Shown here one piece after another: positions 59,455 through 64,000 of a stretch of DNA of 64,000 nucleotides (position 1 is its first letter; each line of letters starts with the position of its first letter). This DNA comes from Monocercomonoides exilis PA203. Taxonomy: Eukaryota; Protista; Preaxostyla. A program made the translations under genes and the position numbers. Where the stretch lies: NCBI GenBank assembly GCA_001643675.2, contig LSRY02000027.1, forward strand, positions 930,001 to 994,000, in the 5' to 3' direction. Under the pieces are notes generated by a model that saw only the letters and a list, made by a program, of their open reading frames with translations, was not told the origin of the DNA and did not search any database.

Positions 59455-62400
59455 TTCCAAACAAAATGCACGCACTAATTTCAGTGTTTCCTGTGGTTGA
59501 AGCAAAGTCTGAAGATGAAATTGAGGAATGTATTTCATTTTCTGACACATAATCGTCAATTACAAAATTATATCTTTCAATATGTTCTTCATTTCCTGAA
59601 CTAATTATTATTTGGAAAGTTAGATTGCAAGGAAGAAGAAGAGAACCAGCGAAGAACAATTCGATTTCATTTTCTGATTGTTGTGCTCGAATTGAATGAA
59701 GAGCAGGAATGAAAAAAGGAGATGTTAAAATCGATGGAATGCCCGACAGATTGCACCCATTATTCAGGATCCACAATGAAGAGCTGCTCGCTGCTTCATC
59801 ACCTTTTTTCAAACTTTCCACATCAATCTGCGCAGCATCTTCGCAGAGAATGTTTCTTCGGGCAGATTCATAGAAAGGAATTGATGGCGAATTGTTTCTG
59901 AACTCCACATTTTTAAGTCGAATATCTCCACCTGATGCTGATAATGCTCCAGATGGGGCATTGACGAATGAAGAGTTAACGTCTTCAACTGAGCAGCAAG
60001 TTATATCCACAATCGACGAGTTCCAGCTGCATATTTCTGAAACAGTGGAAGATGAAATCTTGCTTCTTTGTGGATTGAGGCTCATGACATTTTCGGAATG
60101 AGCTGAAGCATTGTTGTCAAAAATATCAGCATGATTTCTTTCATGAAGGCAACCTTCGTTTTCTTTGATTGATGCTCCATCAAATGTGCACGATTCCAGT
60201 TTGAGTTTTGGAAGCGATGAAAATGAAGCTAGTTGGCCTCTGTTACCAGACGATGAACACAAAGAGCAGCTACAGTTGAGCAAGTGAACTTCACAAATTT
60301 GAGATGCAAAAGAGAAAATGGTTGATGGACTATCAGAGCTTGTGATATTTCTGAACGAAGAAAAAGACATATTTATCCGAACAAAAGGCTGTTTCTGTTC
60401 TGTTTGAACTGTGTTATTCACGGAAAAAACGCTTCCTTTCTTCAGTGTTATATTTCTGGCATCTATCCATTCGAGGGAGGAGTTTTTCTTTGGCTCCTCG
60501 AACACAAAAATAGAGGTCATGCAAGTGACAGCGTCAAGGCAAATGTGAGACAGCTCAGCGCTTGCCGTATCTATCACAAGAGGAGAGTGAAGTACAACTC
60601 GTCTGCATGAGAAATCTTGGATTTGGAGTTTTGCTGAATTCTTGCAGATGAAGCAGGTGTTTTTGCAGCTGGAGTCTTCCAGCTCGCATGACTGTAAAAT
60701 TGCATTTGATGAATCGATGAGCAGGAGAGTGAATGGGATGGAAGCCATTGAATTCTGTTGACTGTTTCGAACAGAATCAGCTTCAGCAAGCTTAAACGAG
60801 CAACGAGTGAATTTAACTTCACCAGAGTTAAGAAAGAAGAAAGTTTGGTGAAGTGAGCTGAAGGATATTCCAAAGATAAAGGACTGATATTCAATCCAAA
60901 CATTTCCTGCGCAGCACATCAAGCTGTCTCGAGTGCAGTTGATATCAGAGTTGACGAGAAGAGATGTTATTGCTTTGGAGATACTGCGAATGCTGAGATC
61001 TTGGAGGTTGCATTCGCTGCTGATTGTGCTGCTTCCATTCACAACAATCCGACTTTCAAAAGACTGTGTCAGACGTTCCAGCCCATGATTCAGCGTGAGG
61101 CATGGCACAGTTGCTCGTCCGCAATTCTTCAGAATTGTTCCTCCATGCAGCTCGTTGCCGATGAATATCAGATCGTTCCGATAACCCATGATGAGATCGA
61201 TGATGTTCACATCTTCTTCATCTGAGCCTCTGTGAATATCGGAACCGAAGATTGCATTTTTTGTGTTATACGCAGGTTCTTCAATGTGGAATCTGAACTG
61301 TTTCTCGCTAATTTGTGTCTCAAGACTTGTGCAACACACGAAAATGTCTCTCCCGCTCAATGCATCATTCATGTTGAATATGTCGTCCGTAAACTGAAAT
61401 GACAATTCACCTTCACAATCGCAATTCAGATACGCTCCGCCTCCTTTTCCTCGTGGTGCTTTGCACAGCATAAAAATCGAGTCTTTGATTTCCAATTTCA
61501 TTCCTTCGCAGTACTCTATGAACACGCAGCCTCCTTTCAACGAGTTTTGAGCTTCACAGCTGATGAAGTTAGAATTGTTCACAAGGATATCTGTTGACTT
61601 GGGCATTTTGTTGCTGAAGGTATTTGACGATGAATTGGCTGAAGATATTAAATTTTCTTTTGCAAGAGAAATCAATCCACAAGTTGAAGTTGTTTGTGTG
61701 TTATTCAGAATCATTTCTGTAATATTCATTGTTGATGATGAAGCAGCAAAAGCAGAACATCTTCCAAAAATCAATTTTGATGCAGAAACTCTATCAATGA
61801 TGAGATTTCCTCCAGTTGCAGACAGAAGCGAATAAGTCAATTCGCAAGATATTTCTTCTTGCGCAGAGAGAAGAAATGAACATTTCCTGAGAGAAAGAGT
61901 GGAGGGATTGGACAAATCAAAAGAGGAGCGGATTAATGAAGATCGTTGATTGAGAGAAGATGGAAGAACAAAAGAGATTCCACATATCGAAGTTGAAATA
62001 GAAACAAGCAGTAGTTCATCAGACTGCTTTTGTGAAATACCATTCACGCTTATGGAAACGGGCAGATTCTCATCTCCAATCGCATATTCGTGATCTTCAA
62101 GATGCACTTCATTATCAAGAACAAATCCAGTTCCCAGCATTACCATTCTTTTCTGATCAGGAAAGCGCAATGCAACAGCTGCTTCAATTGTCTGGCAAGG
62201 ACAATCATCAAAGCCACAGCCACTGAAATCTGTTCCTTCGCTCCCATTCACATGCACTGCTCCGTTCCACTGACGGAGAAAACACACAAGAGGGATGATG
62301 TGTTCCAGACTTGCTGATCTTTCTATTCCACACAACGCTGACAGGTTGCTCAAGTCGAGAACAAAATTAAAAGTATTTTTGCTCACAATTTCTTTCAAAA

Positions 62401-64000
62401 CATTTCCATTAATGAATATGTCCGAACCCACCTGTGCATTGCACTCTTCAAATGAAACATTTGTCAATGAAATCGAGTGAGATGAATCAGAGAAATAAAC
62501 ATAAATCCCTCCTCCATATCCGCTTTGTCTGGTTTGTCCATTCTGTGCTTTCCTAGCTCTGCATTTTGAAAACTTTGTGCATTCTGTTCCGTTAACTTCA
62601 ATTTTACCTTCATCCTCCACATAAATGCTCATTGCTCCACCATTTCCATCTTCACACACGCTTTCTTCCAGCATGCAATATGATACAATTATCTTTCCTC
62701 CAGATGATAATGTACCTTCAGCTATAGACCCGCCTCCATTTGCTCTTGTTAATTTGCTTGAGTTTGTTGAAATGATCTCCAATACGCATGTCTCTGCTTC
62801 CTGTTCAAAAGAAATTGCACAGCAACTGGAGAATCTTATCTCAAACATTCTCACTTCTTCCAAAAGGGCATATCCTGCATTCACTTTGAACACACTTGAG
62901 TGAACTTCATTCTGCTCATCAACACAAGAAACATCACATTTCTTCACTGTTGTTTTTCCATTTCCACTCATCACCAGAAAACAATTGGATGTTCCATTGA
63001 CTCCATCCATGTGCTTCAAGTGGCAGTTGTTAATATCCAAAGTTCCAGTTTCCACTGTGAAAACATTATTCCCTTCAAGTGATCTGATAATTGTTTCTTC
63101 TCTCGAAATGCCAGCTAAAGAAACAAATTCTGAACCAACTTCAATTGTTTCTTCACAGAATTCACAGGAATCTGCAAGGATTGTGGTATTGGTGCTGTTT
63201 GTGTTTCTGGTTAGAGAATATTTCAGAGTTCTGCAATAAGGCACCAAACCACAACCATCACGATTAATTCCTTCACTGAAATGAGCTCTGATCTGAAAAT
63301 CTGTTTGATAATTGGGAAGCCAATCTAGTGCCTCTGAAGTTGTGCACAAATAAACATTTCGTGTGAAACAACGAACAACTCTTGTTCCTTGGGACAAAGA
63401 ATAGCATTCAACGAAATTGTCTTTCGTTAAAGAATTCCAATCACGAGAGTTTGAAATATGCACATCCACTCCACTTTGTTGAGCTGCAGTGTTGTTCTGG
63501 AACAAGCAAAATGAGCATTGAAATGTTACAGTTTCATTATCATATTGATCCCCAAGAAGAACGCATGGAGCATAAGTTTTTGCACTGTTATGCTGGAACA
63601 AATTGTTTGAGAGTGTTATGTTTGAATTTATAAGATATGTGTGAAATGCTCCAGTGTATTGTGTTTGGCATTCACCTTTTTCAAAAATATTCGATTGAAA
63701 TAAATGAGATCCACTCTGTAAATAGCCAATTATGATATGCCCTTTTCCTTTACCACTATTATTTAAAAACAACGTTGATTGAGTTGTTGATTGTTTGTTG
63801 TAAAACATTCTAATTGCTCCTCCTTCATTTGAGTGACAGTTCGTAAAAATGCAATGATCACACATAAATGAACCTTTTGTTGATTCAAAACTTACTGCTC
63901 CTCCATCATTTGTTGTACTGCATTGATCAAAAGTGCAGTTTTTGATATTCAATGAAGCATTTTGCTCGCATTGAATGGCACCACCATTTCCCGAACTGCT
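58019..64000 (-). CDS. Receptor-like protein B: paralog of A with a different beta-helix ectodomain and an identical TM/pseudokinase tail; 5' end lies outside the window
   Basis: ORF 58019-63952 with the frame continuing to the window edge; GGAV/GGAI repeats; last ~478 aa identical to protein A. Confidence 0.88.
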   Translation of the reverse strand, partial: SSSGNGGAIQCEQNASLNIKNCTFDQCSTTNDGGAVSFESTKGSFMCDHCIFTNCHSNEGGAIRMFYNKQSTTQSTLFLNNSGKGKGHIIIGYLQSGSHLFQSNIFEKGECQTQYTGAFHTYLINSNITLSNNLFQHNSAKTYAPCVLLGDQYDNETVTFQCSFCLFQNNTAAQQSGVDVHISNSRDWNSLTKDNFVECYSLSQGTRVVRCFTRNVYLCTTSEALDWLPNYQTDFQIRAHFSEGINRDGCGLVPYCRTLKYSLTRNTNSTNTTILADSCEFCEETIEVGSEFVSLAGISREETIIRSLEGNNVFTVETGTLDINNCHLKHMDGVNGTSNCFLVMSGNGKTTVKKCDVSCVDEQNEVHSSVFKVNAGYALLEEVRMFEIRFSSCCAISFEQEAETCVLEIISTNSSKLTRANGGGSIAEGTLSSGGKIIVSYCMLEESVCEDGNGGAMSIYVEDEGKIEVNGTECTKFSKCRARKAQNGQTRQSGYGGGIYVYFSDSSHSISLTNVSFEECNAQVGSDIFINGNVLKEIVSKNTFNFVLDLSNLSALCGIERSASLEHIIPLVCFLRQWNGAVHVNGSEGTDFSGCGFDDCPCQTIEAAVALRFPDQKRMVMLGTGFVLDNEVHLEDHEYAIGDENLPVSISVNGISQKQSDELLLVSISTSICGISFVLPSSLNQRSSLIRSSFDLSNPSTLSLRKCSFLLSAQEEISCELTYSLLSATGGNLIIDRVSASKLIFGRCSAFAASSSTMNITEMILNNTQTTSTCGLISLAKENLISSANSSSNTFSNKMPKSTDILVNNSNFISCEAQNSLKGGCVFIEYCEGMKLEIKDSIFMLCKAPRGKGGGAYLNCDCEGELSFQFTDDIFNMNDALSGRDIFVCCTSLETQISEKQFRFHIEEPAYNTKNAIFGSDIHRGSDEEDVNIIDLIMGYRNDLIFIGNELHGGTILKNCGRATVPCLTLNHGLERLTQSFESRIVVNGSSTISSECNLQDLSIRSISKAITSLLVNSDINCTRDSLMCCAGNVWIEYQSFIFGISFSSLHQTFFFLNSGEVKFTRCSFKLAEADSVRNSQQNSMASIPFTLLLIDSSNAILQSCELEDSSCKNTCFICKNSAKLQIQDFSCRRVVLHSPLVIDTASAELSHICLDAVTCMTSIFVFEEPKKNSSLEWIDARNITLKKGSVFSVNNTVQTEQKQPFVRINMSFSSFRNITSSDSPSTIFSFASQICEVHLLNCSCSLCSSSGNRGQLASFSSLPKLKLESCTFDGASIKENEGCLHERNHADIFDNNASAHSENVMSLNPQRSKISSSTVSEICSWNSSIVDITCCSVEDVNSSFVNAPSGALSASGGDIRLKNVEFRNNSPSIPFYESARRNILCEDAAQIDVESLKKGDEAASSSSLWILNNGCNLSGIPSILTSPFFIPALHSIRAQQSENEIELFFAGSLLLPCNLTFQIIISSGNEEHIERYNFVIDDYVSENEIHSSISSSDFASTTGNTEISACILFGNAESPSSTQSFILKNASVPEPKGDERLVEGGKEGKSSWALIVIVMAIVLLIVLIALILFVVRWKKAKSEAEDLREIVNDNIRKDPKAFEMVTMEISPEEQWRRVAGDVEKKNDERIKKRVYDKSLGHSESSEHLLSESGSTEYILGKDSDNIPDWALEKVEKEEEEMRKRTPSPSISSTSSTSTTDLDSTFVRGEDLCPTTSSMSNLVDAMACSSPHEKLIVDLRDSLFMLLHGRNEKKEMAIGTLKEREQTAAQILFWVANLALHSFDEMENPLQSLASLNPHIVLFSEHMVICIVMHSDFLSDDSDSSSISSSTVVTSASEEDDDDDSLPSSAFEDEDDFKKECMRWKAPELLINKKMGATKESVAFSIGMMLWECLTLQIPFGEYEAEVAGQKIVNGERPDLRKVLESSYAEVLHRAFSPQQGNRPTLIAMKREFIQRFPAGAVMLTVSDAIDFENESEGEGSTAVESRSLSSSS

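Overview
AT-rich, intron-containing eukaryotic DNA using the standard genetic code. The gene families and the (TCT)n/(GAA)n low-complexity proteins resemble the oxymonad Monocercomonoides; this is inferred, not searched. The left 44 kb holds housekeeping and lineage-specific genes: a giant Ser-rich protein, a pseudokinase-ARM protein, a UBX/UAS protein, a PHO80-like cyclin, a TECR/TSC13 enoyl-CoA reductase, an ER/K single-alpha-helix protein with three IQ-like motifs, and an AAC4-like protein. It also holds a perfect 410-bp foldback (MITE-like) element beside an older degenerate foldback. The most striking structure is at 45.4-64 kb. Two convergent receptor-like genes (beta-helix ectodomain, TM helix, tyrosine-kinase-like pseudokinase tail) form the outer parts of a ~7.5-kb palindrome (arms 51942-55635 and 55751-59454, 115-bp spacer). 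Their TM and tail are identical, their ectodomains are deeply diverged, and the switch to identity is abrupt, in frame and in register just before the TM. This suggests a 'variable ectodomain on a constant tail' recombination system. No rRNA, tRNA or CRISPR array was recognised.
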